DNA of 63,747 nt, filler included, from Bipalium vagum (Eukaryota), in NCBI GenBank assembly GCA_037834085.1. It is 3 parts of 3 records of this genome, joined end to end, with 100 filler letters (N's around TTAATTAATTAA, not from the genome) between each part and the next. Parts side by side here need not be neighbours in the genome. Positions count along the whole stretch, not along the records: positions 1 to 24,507 come from JBBMKC010200385.1; positions 24,608 to 47,914 come from JBBMKC010210706.1; 1 more part is not named here. The stretch is one strand, 5' to 3'. A program made the translations under genes and the position numbers. Of this stretch, positions 13,068 through 24,977 are shown in pieces. Each line of letters opens with the position of its first letter. The first letter of the stretch is position 1. A model generated the notes under the pieces. The model was given only the letters and a program-made list of their open reading frames with translations. It did not search any database and was not told the DNA's origin.

Positions 13068-13930
13068 ATTAACCTTTAATCGGTTATTATCCCGAAACAT
13101 GATATACGTCTTCTGTCGCCTAGAGCGAAACAGAATCGAATTGCCAAGATAACAAAAAACAGAAACGAGAGAATATAATAAAAAGTACGTATTGCAGAGT
13201 ATTTGCTCTGAATACGTTAATGATTATTTAATTATTTAGAATTTTCTCAAAGAGATCGAAATACGTTTTAAATAGCTGAAAAGTAATTATTAACTTTTAA
13301 CAGCTTAACTTGTCGATGCGAAGTTAATTGCGATTTGAATGAGAAAACCAAGAGCTTATATACTCCTTATTTTCACATTCCTGATCTCTTGATTGGTGGA
13401 AAATAAAACTTTCCATTAATAGAGGAATATGTGGGATTTTACTATTTTAGGAAAGTTCCTATATCAATATTATAGAACTTACTAAATATAGCCTCCCACA
13501 TATTAATATTTTCTCATACTAATGTATTTTTAGTAAGTTTTATTTTCTTATTCATTATTACTCATTATAATTATTTTTACCAATTTTGTGGGTTGTTTTA
13601 ATTAACTTCAACCCACAATTTATATTATTATTATTTTATTTATTTATATTAATTAAAACGAATATATAATTTAAATATTATTATTTTTTATAAAATATAA
13701 ACTGAAATATATAAAATCACATAAAAAGAACCAAAATATAAAAGAAAGTAAGCCTATCAAGGCTTTGTCGTGCAAATTTTCACAATTAAAATGTGTATTA
13801 AGTGTCCATTATGAGCTTTGGAGAATCATTCTCCATAAGTTCTTGTTCTGGCTCCTTTGCGAGCTTTGAATTTGAATTGACGGGTGCTGGGACCTCTTTT
13901 TCTGTGGATCCCAACAATAGCTTCTACATA
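13068..13930 (-). repeat. Dispersed repeat copy B with a piggyBac-like terminus
   Basis: Terminus ttaa|ccttt at ~13068 (TTAA plus a CC start). Homologous to 8150-9080. Confidence 0.6.
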
Positions 13931-14902
13931 AAAAAAAGCATTTTCTTAGTGCGGCAATAATTAGTTGGAGCACTGTATATATCTTGGAGTAAGAAGAAAG
14001 CTATTTTAAGAGTCGTTAGAATAAATTTTAATATTCAAAATGGAAAATGTTTGTCTTCAAAAAAAATAGTTAGGAGATCCGACATCAAGAAATGGGAAAA
14101 GAAAATCGCTGAGCAGGAGTCGATTAAGTTCAAAGCATTTAATGAATGGCTAAAATGATTTCTGAAAAAAATTTATTTACAACGCAAAGGTTTTTTTACT
14201 AATGATAGATTAATCAAGAGAACATTTATTTTTATTATCCATATCCATAGTATTACTTTTTAAAATGTCACTAACTTATTTCCGATCCTGTATATACATA
14301 TAACATAATAATTGCAAGATAACAATCAGTTACATTAATATTTCCCTTAATAATTTTACCTACTACTAGCATCTATTCATTTGAGAGCTTAACAAGTTTA
14401 TTCGAATATCTAACTTTTCAATATTTCTTACCATGGCAATTAGTCTATTAATCATTCATGAATATAATTTATATTGAAAAAATTACTGTTTGGTAAAACC
14501 AAACACAAATGAACAATTAATTCTTTTTAAAATGAACTCTTCCACACAGTATTGAAAATATATATGGAAACCATGTGGAGAAATAGACTGAAATACATAA
14601 TTCACTAGACCATAAATACTGGAAAACCTATGAAAAATGGTTCCAGATATTAGTTCTCCGTTGTGAATATCTTTACTATTTTTACAAATTTTTTCACAGT
14701 TTTCGGAAGGTTTACAACAAACAGTATAAATTTAAACTTTTAAATTTCTAAGAAATTCACTTTCTTTAAATTTCCTAAGTCTTATAATACTGGTAAATGT
14801 TTTGGGTCATTAATACTATTTTATCCAGTAATACTTATTTTGATAATTTCAAAAAATACAAGATAAAAATCAAAGACGATAACAGTTTTTTTTTATTTCA
14901 AT

Positions 14903-17900
14903 TTACCAATTCCGAGAGATCGCAGAATCAATTCCGTGGACCTCGTTTTTGAATATGATTTTAGACATCACTCTGTATTTGGTATTGTTGACATTTACCG
15001 ATATCCTTTCAGCCACTGTTTCACCCAAAAGGGTGATGAGTTTGTTCCGCAACCTGTCCATGGATCTTTGAACAATAATTATCTGGAAACATAAAAGCAA
15101 AAAACAATTATGGACAACATTATTCTTCAGATATCGATTGAACAATTACCGCGTTGGGGCTTAGCCTATCTTTCGACATCATCTTGTATCGACCACAAAC
15201 CGTTAACAGGTGATAAGCTGTTACCAAGCAAGAAGCGATTCTCCAAATGGCGAAATCTTCATTGGGTGTGTTCTGGAAAGTTATTGACAAAATAACACAA
15301 AACTCGGTTGTTTTGAATGTGGAAAAATCGCTTACAAATCCCGATTCCGAGAGACCCATAATGAGCTCCTTTTGCAAAAACGTCAACAAATGCTTGATGG
15401 AGTCGAAATTCTTATCGATCTCCAAATGTTTTAAAGACCTTGGATGAACCGACATTCGACAGAAATTCAGCTTCCACAGATGATTGTTATCGGCCACGTG
15501 GTTTAGTTTGTAAATATCGTCACTGATTTCTGGGATGATCTTTTGCAAACTGACTCCTCCGACAAACAAACGCAACAAATCCGCCGACCCCTTTGTTCTG
15601 AATTAATTTATTCTTTTCGATTTATTATTGCTTCCTTACCAAAAAAGAGTCCAGAGCTCGAATTTTATTTCTCAAACTCAGAAAGAATTCTACATTTTTA
15701 TTTGACTCCTGTGCGATATCGATGCAATCACTCACCACTTCAAGAGCTATTTCAGAAGCATGGATCTGTTTAAGAATGATAAAATTAAAGAGTCAGGTTA
15801 ATGAAAAGAATAATAATATTAATAATCTTTTAAAATGATCTAAAATCAATACGAAACAATAAACATGAATATCCAATGAAAGATCGAATCAATGACAATG
15901 AAATTTTTACTTTTAAAACCGCATTTTGAATGGCAAAATTTTCAGTCGACAATTGAGAGTTCATAATATTTGTTGTAAAATAAATACTGGTATCCAGCTC
16001 GAATATTTTGGACGCCCAATCGACAATTTTGTCGTTTACATAAGTCGAAGAACTCAATTGAGACTGTAATGAGATTTCGTGTACCGCCTCTTTGGCAATA
16101 CCCAACAGAGACGATGCGACAGCGAAGCGGGCGCAGTTTTGAACTTCGTTCGCAATCTAAACAATATATAGAGAGTAGATAAATTTTGCAAAATAAATTC
16201 CAATCAAAATAAATTGATCGAAAATCGAAAGATTACTTTAAAGCCGTCTCCGATATTTCCCACCAGTTCAGCGGACAACAAGGAGTCGTTGAAAGCAACT
16301 TGAAAAACTGAAAAAGATTGAAAAATCAATATCAAAACAATCAAGAGTAACGAAAGAGAGGAAAAAAAATTAAGAACCGTTTGGAACATTGAAGATATTG
16401 TATTGGACAGAGAGATGGACATTGGGTCCCTCCAAAGGTTTGTCTATGAGAAAGGCAGACAAGTTGTTTCCCGGTTTCTGAGATCGATAAGGATTATAAA
16501 CAAAGAGCAAAGTAAAAAGAAAGCAGCCAAAGAGAAAGAATCAACCTTGCTCTTGACCTTGACAAACAAAACACAGAAATCCATATTCTTGGCATTGTAA
16601 ATCCAATTTTTGGTCGATGTTACCTTTAAGCGTTTTGTTTCGTGACAATATTCTGCGACTCCTTCCATCATTTGAATATGACTTCCACTAAATGTGGATG
16701 AGAAAGAATCAATGGATTTCTTGATGACAGAAGCAATAACATAAAAAGCAAACCAAACCTAGAACTCTCATTTAAACAAAATCCCCCAACCGAATGACCT
16801 TGGACAATTTTCGGCAAATATTTTCTCTTCTGCGCCTCAGTTCCGTATTTTGAAATGACCTTAAAATTAAAAATCTCTGTAAAAAAACAAGTTGTTTTGA
16901 ATCTAAGTTATTTTTCTGAGAAATTCCTTCATTAGACCATTAGACGATCTTCGTTATTTAGTGATTCGTCTTGACATTTATAGTCTTCCTTAGTTCTTGA
17001 TCGATAAATATTTTTCTTTCTTTTTGACACTAAAACGCGTGAAATTTGATTTAACTAACCCATTTATAAGTTTTTTTATTGATATATAAGGTTGAGAGAA
17101 AAATATTGTCGCTTTTTTTTATTTTCCATTTGAAGCAAAAATATGTTAAGATTTCGATTAATATTTTACTAATTATTGAATTATTATATGATAGATAAAC
17201 ATATTGAAATAAACCTTTATTTTATTCTTTTAGATGTTTGAATAATACAAAACTTGACATAAGAAACAATGACAACAGTTAATATCATTAATTATTTTTG
17301 GAAATACATATAAAAATATATATATATTATATTATAATATTATATAAATACAAAATTTTATTTATTTTAATGAAATCTTGAAATATGTTTTAAACGTTTT
17401 CATTTAAGTCTTCTTCAGTCACTTAATATAATTGTCAATTATTTCGGAGAAATTCAAACAACTCATTCAAATACAAGAAAAAATAATAATAAATAATAAT
17501 AATTTAGAGTTAACAATCAGTTTTAATTTGTCGAAATCTTAGAAATTTAAGACGAACATAATAGTTATTTTATTTTTTGAATTTATATAAAATTTGCATG
17601 TCACATTCAGTTTTTATATCTGGCAGAATTTTAAAAAATGTTTCATTCGAATTGTATTTATCTTCGAGAGGATAAGTATTGAATTCGGTTTTATTATATC
17701 TTCATTGTATCTATCTGTAAATCCTGTAACTTCTGAAACTTCTTTTTCTTTAATTATATACATATTAATATAAATCTGTGAAGTCTCATTATCTTTATGA
17801 ATTCCAAACAAGCATTTTTAAACTGTGGATACTCTCCATTTGAAACTTTTGATTTAGCTTTACTTAACTTCAAATCTGTCATTTTAAATATTTGCATTTT

Positions 17901-20900
17901 TCTTCAAATTACAAACACTAGTTTCACTTTTACCATATTCCGCAGCAATATCTTTTTTGTTTTTTCAGTTTATCATAGAGTAATTTTAGAATTATTGTCT
18001 TTTAAAAAAGCTAATTTTTTGTTTTCGCGATGATTCCAATTTTTTAGCATAGTTTAAAAGTACAGTTTCTTTTAATTTTTTGCAATATTTAAACAATATG
18101 TTTGGTTATTTGAAAATTCAGAAATATTGCTCAAAGAACTCAATTTTATTCAAATAAATGAGTTAATTGTAATTTACTAAAAGAAATTTGAGTTCAAATA
18201 TCTAAGTGTAGTTCTAGCCTTCTAGCTAAGACCCTCTGTAGGACCTGTTCTTCCCAGTTAACCAAACAATGAACGCTGAACACAATGAGATGTCTCTCGA
18301 GCTCAACCGAACACGATCTGATGGAGCTCCCTTCAGTTATTATGTAATCAAGCTAGTTCTCCAGTGCTGGCTGGTCACTAGCGAAGTCTCGGAATCCGGA
18401 TCCCCGATAATTAAGCTATCGCGGCTTAGGCTAAGTTTCTTTAATTTTGATATTACCATAATCTTACCTTTTTTGTTACTAGAATCACACTGATGTCTTT
18501 GGAACCAGAATGCTTCACTGCTTCGACTTATGCCTCTTTTTGGAGTCATAAAAGAGCAGGGAAACAACACCCAAGCATGGTGGATGAGTGTACCATCCCT
18601 CCGGAGCGGCGAAACAATTTCATACTCTCTAATAGAGTCCCTGAAATCTGTTTTATTCCCTCAAAACAAGTCGGAACTCTGCGCAAATTTTTTCCGGATG
18701 AGCCAGAGTTCTACCTCGGTCGGATCGCTTTCCATCACAGCTTTGTATACTTGTGTAAGAACTGTTCCACTCAGTGGGTACACGAATGAGAAACGTAACG
18801 AAAGAGATCCAAATATTGATTTGGTCAGTCGATTTCCGAGTAACCCCTTCCCTTCCCGGGATCTCGGATCCAAATGGGTCAATTAAAGGTATATATTGAG
18901 ATGTCATTCTGCTCTAACTTTTTCCGTAATAGTCAGAGGGAAAGTGGAATGATGATCGAGAGTATTCTGGACCCACTATGGTGATGAGACGATGGAGTTG
19001 GGAACCCGGAAGCGGAGTTTTCACACTACCCGTTGCCGATAACACCGTCAGCCCCTATCTCTCTGTTTGGGTGTGCAGAGATAAAAGCACCCACTCCACA
19101 GTTCGCCATGGGGTGTTTCCTGTTACTCCTCCGCCCCATCAAGTGGATATAAATGCCCCATTAAATTGGAGGAAACGCTCCAATGAGGACCGTTCGTGCT
19201 GCCCCGTGACCGACGGGTATGTAAAAACGGCCGCTAGTACGTCAATTAATAATTTTTATTGCTATCCACGTGATCCCGGTACTAATGCCACCATTTTACT
19301 AAAAAATCCTATGTCATATTTAAAGTCTAAAAACCAAATCCTTAATATTCCACCGGGACCCGACACTTTAAACTACTCGATTTCAAACGTTTACTCTAAT
19401 ATTAATCATTTCAATCCGTTAAAACTAAGTACTTGCTTATTAAACATGATGTATCTAAAGAAAAATAAATTAAATGCAAATCACTCTAACATTGTCCCTT
19501 TGAATGTTAACCTGACAAAAAGTTTGGTAAATTATCATATTAAATTAATTTCTAATATCACGTCAATATCAATCTCCTTAAACAAAACCAATTTAACCAC
19601 GAATCGTTATGAAAAGTACAAAATAAACTTTGCTCAACTCGTTAATAATAAATCAAATACTTTGAAATTTATTCCTTTATATAAAATGGCACACTGGAAA
19701 CACATAATTTTGCCAATTCTTTGGCACCCAAACCTCTGGATTCTTTACCTAGACGACAAATCTAGAAAAAAATCGTTTCTCCTCGACCCAGCCTCACAAT
19801 CACTCAACTCTGATCAACCTTACAAACATCACAAATAAACTATGCTGCACCATGGACAATGAACTCATCGTACCAGACTCAATACCAAATCTCCCCACCC
19901 AATGAATCGACATGAACTGCGGTTTTTTAATCCTGCAATATTCTGTAGACTATATCCTTAACAAACAAACCTCCAGAGCTCCATTAATTGAAAACATCAA
20001 GGAAGAGCTTACAAACATCATCCAACGAATACTTGAATCCCGAAAAACACTCCCAGATCTTTCAAAAACGAAAAACACCCACCACATACTCAAAGAAGCT
20101 CTCATCCAACTCAAAAATGAAAACCACGACATCACCATGATTCTAGAATATGCACAGAGCCACAGCTCAACTTTTCCCATCGAAATTCACCCCAATTGCA
20201 AAGAAAACCCCTACTCACAGCCATATTGCCCAATCAACCACCTCATCATTCACTCTACGAGCCAGATATGAAGCAAATCCCAAAGATACCTATCTATCAC
20301 TACTCCCATCCAGAAAACCATCATCATTCCCAACTATCGAAGAAATTATCCAACACAACTCTCACCAAACCCCACCTCCAATTAACAGAAATCTCCACCC
20401 AACATTACCAATTTCCAACTATGAAGACCTCAAACCAATCACCAAAGATGAAATCAATCACACCATCAAAATCACAAAAAAATCAACTGCGGGTATGGAC
20501 AAAATTACTTATAAAGACTGGAAGAAAATCGACCCCCAATTCGAATTCCTCGAAGCATTTTTCAAGAACGTATTAATTTTCCAAAACATCCCCCAACAAT
20601 GGAAGAAATTCAAAACCACTCTCATCCTAAAACCGGGCAAAGAAGAACAAAGCCATCAAATATCCTCATGGGGACCCATCGCTATCCTCGACACCTCAAC
20701 TCTTCTCACTCATCCTGAACAATAGATTACTGTCATGGTTAAAGCAAAGTAACCTTCTAAACAGAAACCAAAAAGCCATTTTCTCCAACATCGAATGCGG
20801 CGAACATAATGGATACATCAATGGAATCCTCGAAATGTGCACATTAAAAAAACAGAAAGTACACATCTGTTTCCTCGATCTCGCAGAAGCTTTCCCCAGC

Positions 20901-23080
20901 CTACCTCACGAACTACTCTGGCTAACCCTTCAGAAATCAGGTCTCAATGAAATTAACATCAATCTCATACAAAAACTGTACCAAAACACCTCGACAGCTT
21001 TCATTTGTCACTATCTATCCACCAGCTATATTCCAATCAATAAAGGAGTCAAACAGGGCTGTCCCCTCTCGATGATCCTGTCATGCCTCTCCATCAACTA
21101 TCTCATCACTCAAATGGACCAATAAGAACCTAAATTCACCATTATTAACTCCCAAATATCTGCACTAGCGTACGCAGACGATATTGCCCTCATAACCCAA
21201 ACAAAAGCTGACCTACAATCCATGATAAATAAACTCACTCTCCTCTCCGATGAAATCCATTTAAAATTCAGACCGTCAAAATGCGGTTATTTCATGAACT
21301 CAACAGAAGAACCACCAACCATCTACGACCAGTCAACAGTGAAAACATTAACAAATACCTTGGAGTAACACATGGATCCAAAATGAACAACGGCAATGAA
21401 TCACTTCTCGAGAGAAACCTTATTGACTTCGATTACATCTGCAAGCAAACCTTCACCCAGCCCAAATGATCCACGCATACAAAACATTTCTTCACCCAGA
21501 TTGCCCTTCCATCTAGCCAACAGAGCCGTGGACACACAACTTCTATCCTCAAAAAAGAAAGAATAACCCATAATATCCGTATCGCACCCCAGAGAATACG
21601 ACAACGAACTCAGAGAAAAACTAGGAAAAATATCAGACACAAATCTTCTACGATGAACAAACAAAGCCTATTTATACTCCCCAACAGCCCTTGATGACTA
21701 CCACATCAGCAGTATTATCCAAGCACTCCGATTCCTGACCAGCAATGACAAGAAATTTCAAAAATTCTCATCACAATTCCTCCTCCACATCACCAAAACC
21801 CCCCAGAATGAAAACTCCGACATGGAAATCGCACTAAATTGGCTATCGGACCGCCAAAACCTTCCCATCCAAGCTCACGGATCATGGTGGAACAAAGTCA
21901 GAAAATCCTGCAAAACACTGAGAATCCAGAATATCGACTGCTCATTTCAAATCATAGAAAACTAAATCAATTTACGAGTCACAACCGAAGGCATAACTGA
22001 GCCCCACATACATTTTTAACAGGGATAACATCAAATTTGTGTACCGCAGAAAAGAGTAGAGATTAATTTAATCTTAATTTTAAGCAGATGTGCCTAGTCC
22101 CGCATAACTATGCTTTTAATCTTTTGGTTTAGCAGAAATTATCCGGGAACGATGCCACGGACGCAGAGGATGAGAAAACAGTTTGAAAAATGCCAACAAT
22201 CCAACGAGAATTCAAAAACAAATCACTATCTTATGATAGAAATGTGTTATAAATCTAATAAATTTTGGCAAATCAAAAATTAACTTAATTGTAATAAATT
22301 ATTAATAATAATTTAATAACAATCAATTAATTTAAAATATTGATATAATATTTTCACTCTATATTATCTATTGTTTGTTATCAAAAAAACGGGAAAGATA
22401 AGCAAAATAATACTTCAACAATTAGATAGTGTCAGTGAACTAAATGATTTAGGAATTTATGTTAATTTATTAATAATTATCACGCATATTGTTTTGATTT
22501 AAGTATAATCTAATTTATCAAACACGTAAGATTGAATAATTACATTGTGAACAATAAATAAATTTATTAACCTCTGCACAAAGGAGCTGATTTATAATGA
22601 TATCATAGGATAACATAGTAGCAGACGGTAACTTTTCCATCAAATAAGCACAACTGGAATAGTTTTTACCTAAACCATTGTATTCTTTAGATATAAAAAT
22701 TCCAGAATAATTAATTTGCTGTTTCTTTATCAATTCATCAAAATTTTGATTATCTTTAATATTAGCAGAATCTGAAATTGATTTAATAAGTATATCATTA
22801 TTCTTCACAAGTACAATACCTAAAAAATTTATTATTTCTTTATAAATATTTTTATAGTCTTGAATAGGTACGAATTTGTAATTTTCCATATTTGAATATA
22901 CCTAAGAATATGTAAATTATTGATTACAATTTAGTATAATACTTGATTTATATTCGATAATAAAAGTGAACTAAGAAAATTTAAGTCTGAGTCTTTTGCC
23001 AATTTTGAATAATTACATTTTTGTTTTATAAAATTAGATAAAAAACAACGTGAAATTTTACTGTAAAATATAATATTCAT
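14903..23080 (-). CDS. acad9: ACAD9/VLCAD-like mitochondrial acyl-CoA dehydrogenase-fold protein (complex I assembly factor type); multi-exon, with a ~5.7-kb intron 2 (22571-16860)
   Basis: Exon 1 (23080-22943) has a presequence-like N-terminus. Exon 2 (22901-22572; ISKEYNGLG) splices in phase to [36 protein letters not shown]. Later motifs are TKNWIYNA, LSAFLID, LVGNIGDGFKIANEVQNCARF, DLLRLFVG and the VLCAD/ACAD9 C-terminal extension ending AISRNW*. Confidence 0.88.
17600..18060 (-). mobile_element. Tigger/pogo N-terminal (CENP-B-type HTH) remnant in ACAD9 intron 2
   Basis: Degenerate KKDIAAEYGKSETSVCNLKKN...YPQLKNACLEFIK with stops. Confidence 0.55.
18204..22020 (+). mobile_element. Utopia/NeSL-clade site-specific non-LTR retrotransposon (Ulp1-like protease + RT); decayed, with the 3' RLE endonuclease missing
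   Basis: RT motifs STAGMDKITY, WKKFKTTLILKPG, ISSWGPIAIL, GEHN, FLDLAEAFPSLPH, KGVKQGCPLS, LAYADDIAL and KYLGV. An upstream C48/Ulp1-like pattern reads IILPILW..NLWIL..LLDP...MNCGFLILQY. U2-like 5' end; multiple frameshifts and stops. Confidence 0.85.
18212..18259 (+). ncRNA. Diverged U2 snRNA 5' fragment at the 5' end of the retrotransposon
   Basis: 18217-18259 aligns without gaps at 33/43 nt to the conserved U2 segment GCCTTTTGGCTAAGATCAAGTGTAGTATCTGTTCTTATCAGTT (recalled sequence). It is preceded by aagtgtagt (18204-18212), also a U2 word. No Sm site or 3' half is visible. Confidence 0.65.
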
Positions 23081-23394
23081 TATTTAAATTTTAAATATTT
23101 ATTTATTATTTAAACATTCATAATTTATTTTATTATTTAAAAAATTGTTATTTTATGTTTAAAACCATTAATAACTTTCATTTCTTTTTATTAATTATGA
23201 TTTATGTGAAACCACATCTGTTTAAATTATACAATAAAACCTAGTGAAAATTAACAAAAATTAAGAAAACACTAAAATAATTATAAATGATATAACCCAT
23301 CAAATGACAATGATTGACAAGCTGAAAAATATCCGAATTAAGGTTAATTTATTTATTCAAATAATAATTTTCTCAACTATGGTCAATAAGCACT

Positions 23395-24418
23395 AATAGG
23401 TTGTTCAGTATGAAATTGCGGATTTTTTATACTAATTTTCAAATTAAAGTTAATCACAAACATTAACAATAAATTTTTTGTTTATATATACCAAATTAAA
23501 GAGTAACTTTCAAACTGTAATATAAATATAAAAGTAAGCATATTAATTTAAAGTAAAAGTTTTTTTATCGTTCTTTACCAGGCTTGGTTGATCAACAAAT
23601 TCGAATATACATATTATACGAGTTCAAACTTGACCACAATGCATCAGAAGCAACTCGAAACATTATTGCTGCATGGGGTGAAGGTAGTATAAGCGAAAGA
23701 ACAACACAGATATGGTTCAAAAAATTTCGAGACGGGGACCTAAGTCTCCACAATCAAGACCGCGGAAGACCCCCTCTTAAATAAAGCCCAATTGAAGTCA
23801 GCTGTCGAAGAAAATACTCGAACAAATGTGAGAGAACTTGCTCAAGTTCTCAATGTATCCAAATCAACAATTTCCACCCATCTAAAAGAGATTGTTAAGG
23901 TTATGACGCTTGATTCATGGATTCCCCATGATTTAACAGAAAATCCACAAAAATATCGATTGCAAATCTGTTCGTCATTAATAAATTGGAACCAAATTGA
24001 TCCCTTTTTGTCTCGTATTATTATGAAAAGTGGATTGTGTAAAACAATCGTAGACGATCAGCGCAATGGTAATATGCTGATGAGAAGCCGAAAACCATGT
24101 CTAGACCAAGCCTTCACCCCAAGAAGACCATGATAACTGCGTGGTGGTCTGAGGATGGCTTAATACATTACAATTTCTTGAAATCAGGTGAAACTATTAC
24201 CACACAGTCATACTTTCAAGAAATTGATGCTATGCACACAAAGCTGATTCAAAAACAACCAGGTCCTGTAAACCGAAAGGGGCCGATCTTGCTTCAGGAT
24301 AATGCAAGACCACATGTTTCTAAAGTGTTTCTAATTTTCCAGGACCAAGATGCCATCGAAAAAGATATCGCTCAATTTCTCGATTCAAGGAGTTCGGAGT
24401 TTTACCAAAAAGGTAATT
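23395..24418 (+). mobile_element. Decayed mariner element, 3' end cut by a piggyBac-like end (ttaa|ccct at ~24417)
   Basis: IRIYILYEFKLDHNASEATRNI, WIPHDL, LHPKKTMITAWW and LLQDNARPHV; 5' TIR ataggttgttcagtatgaaattgcgg. Confidence 0.9.
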
Positions 24419-24507
24419 AACCCTAAAGCTCAAAACAGAGCCTACCAGTCTCTATTTAAAATTAAAATGCTTTTAACTTTTTTAATATTTATCCATTCTT
24501 TATAAAA

Positions 24508-24606
24508 NNNNNNNNNNNNNNNNNNNNNNNNNNNNNNNNNNNNNNNNNNNNTTAATTAATTAANNNNNNNNNNNNNNNNNNNNNNNNNNNNNNNNNNNNN
24601 NNNNNN
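24508..24606. other. Assembly gap with artificial six-frame-stop spacer TTAATTAATTAA
   Basis: N-run / ttaattaattaa / N-run; the same structure occurs at 47915-48015. Confidence 0.95.
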
Positions 24607-24607
24607 N

Positions 24608-24679
<72 letters not shown>

Positions 24680-24708
24680 CTGATTATTATCTGATTATTA
24701 TCTGATTA
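24607..24708. repeat. (TAT)n microsatellite followed by a short tctgattatta tandem
   Basis: Read directly from the sequence; abuts the gap. Confidence 0.95.
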
Positions 24709-24977
24709 AAACTATTATTATTAATTAATTGTCGCTATTTTACAAGACTGAAATAAAATGGATATCTGGATAATTGTTCCTTGATATGGTTTTTTGACTG
24801 TCTGATAAATTTTTATTTAACAAGTTAAGAATAAAACTTTGGAAATGAATAAAAAAAATAAAAATAATAAAATTACCTAATTTTTCTGTTGACAAAGAAA
24901 GAAAAAACCAGAGACGACATATCCAGAATCACCTTTGTACAAAAATCTAATGATGAATACCAGTCTATTGGTATGAT

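Noticed and set aside
9080-13068. Composite transposon or Maverick bounded by the long inverted repeats and carrying pPolB
   Set aside because: The repeats' termini face inward, the copies are substantially diverged, and the interval contains the essential UNC119 5' exons.
15110-16600. Plus-strand ORFs overlapping ACAD9 (and similar shadow ORFs opposite enkurin, AGAP and the RT)
   Set aside because: They are antisense shadows of real coding exons with no independent motifs.
16860-17063. Apparent alternative ACAD9 start MVSKRKK… giving an N-truncated, NLS-like isoform
   Set aside because: It needs a 4-nt first coding exon, a 30-nt intron and a weak donor. The real homologous N-terminal exons are at 22572-23080 and splice in phase.
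18661-18663. In-frame TGA as evidence of an alternative genetic code or selenocysteine
   Set aside because: Host genes here use TGA as a normal stop (enkurin, protease, AGAP). TGG>TGA decay in a dead element is the simpler explanation.
22018-22030. acagggataac resembling a 28S rRNA word at the retrotransposon's 3' break
   Set aside because: Only ~11 nt match with no flanking rDNA similarity, which is expected by chance.
24552-24563. Palindromic TTAATTAATTAA between N-runs (also at 47959-47970)
   Set aside because: It is identical in both gaps and has stops in all six frames, so it is a scaffolding linker rather than biology.
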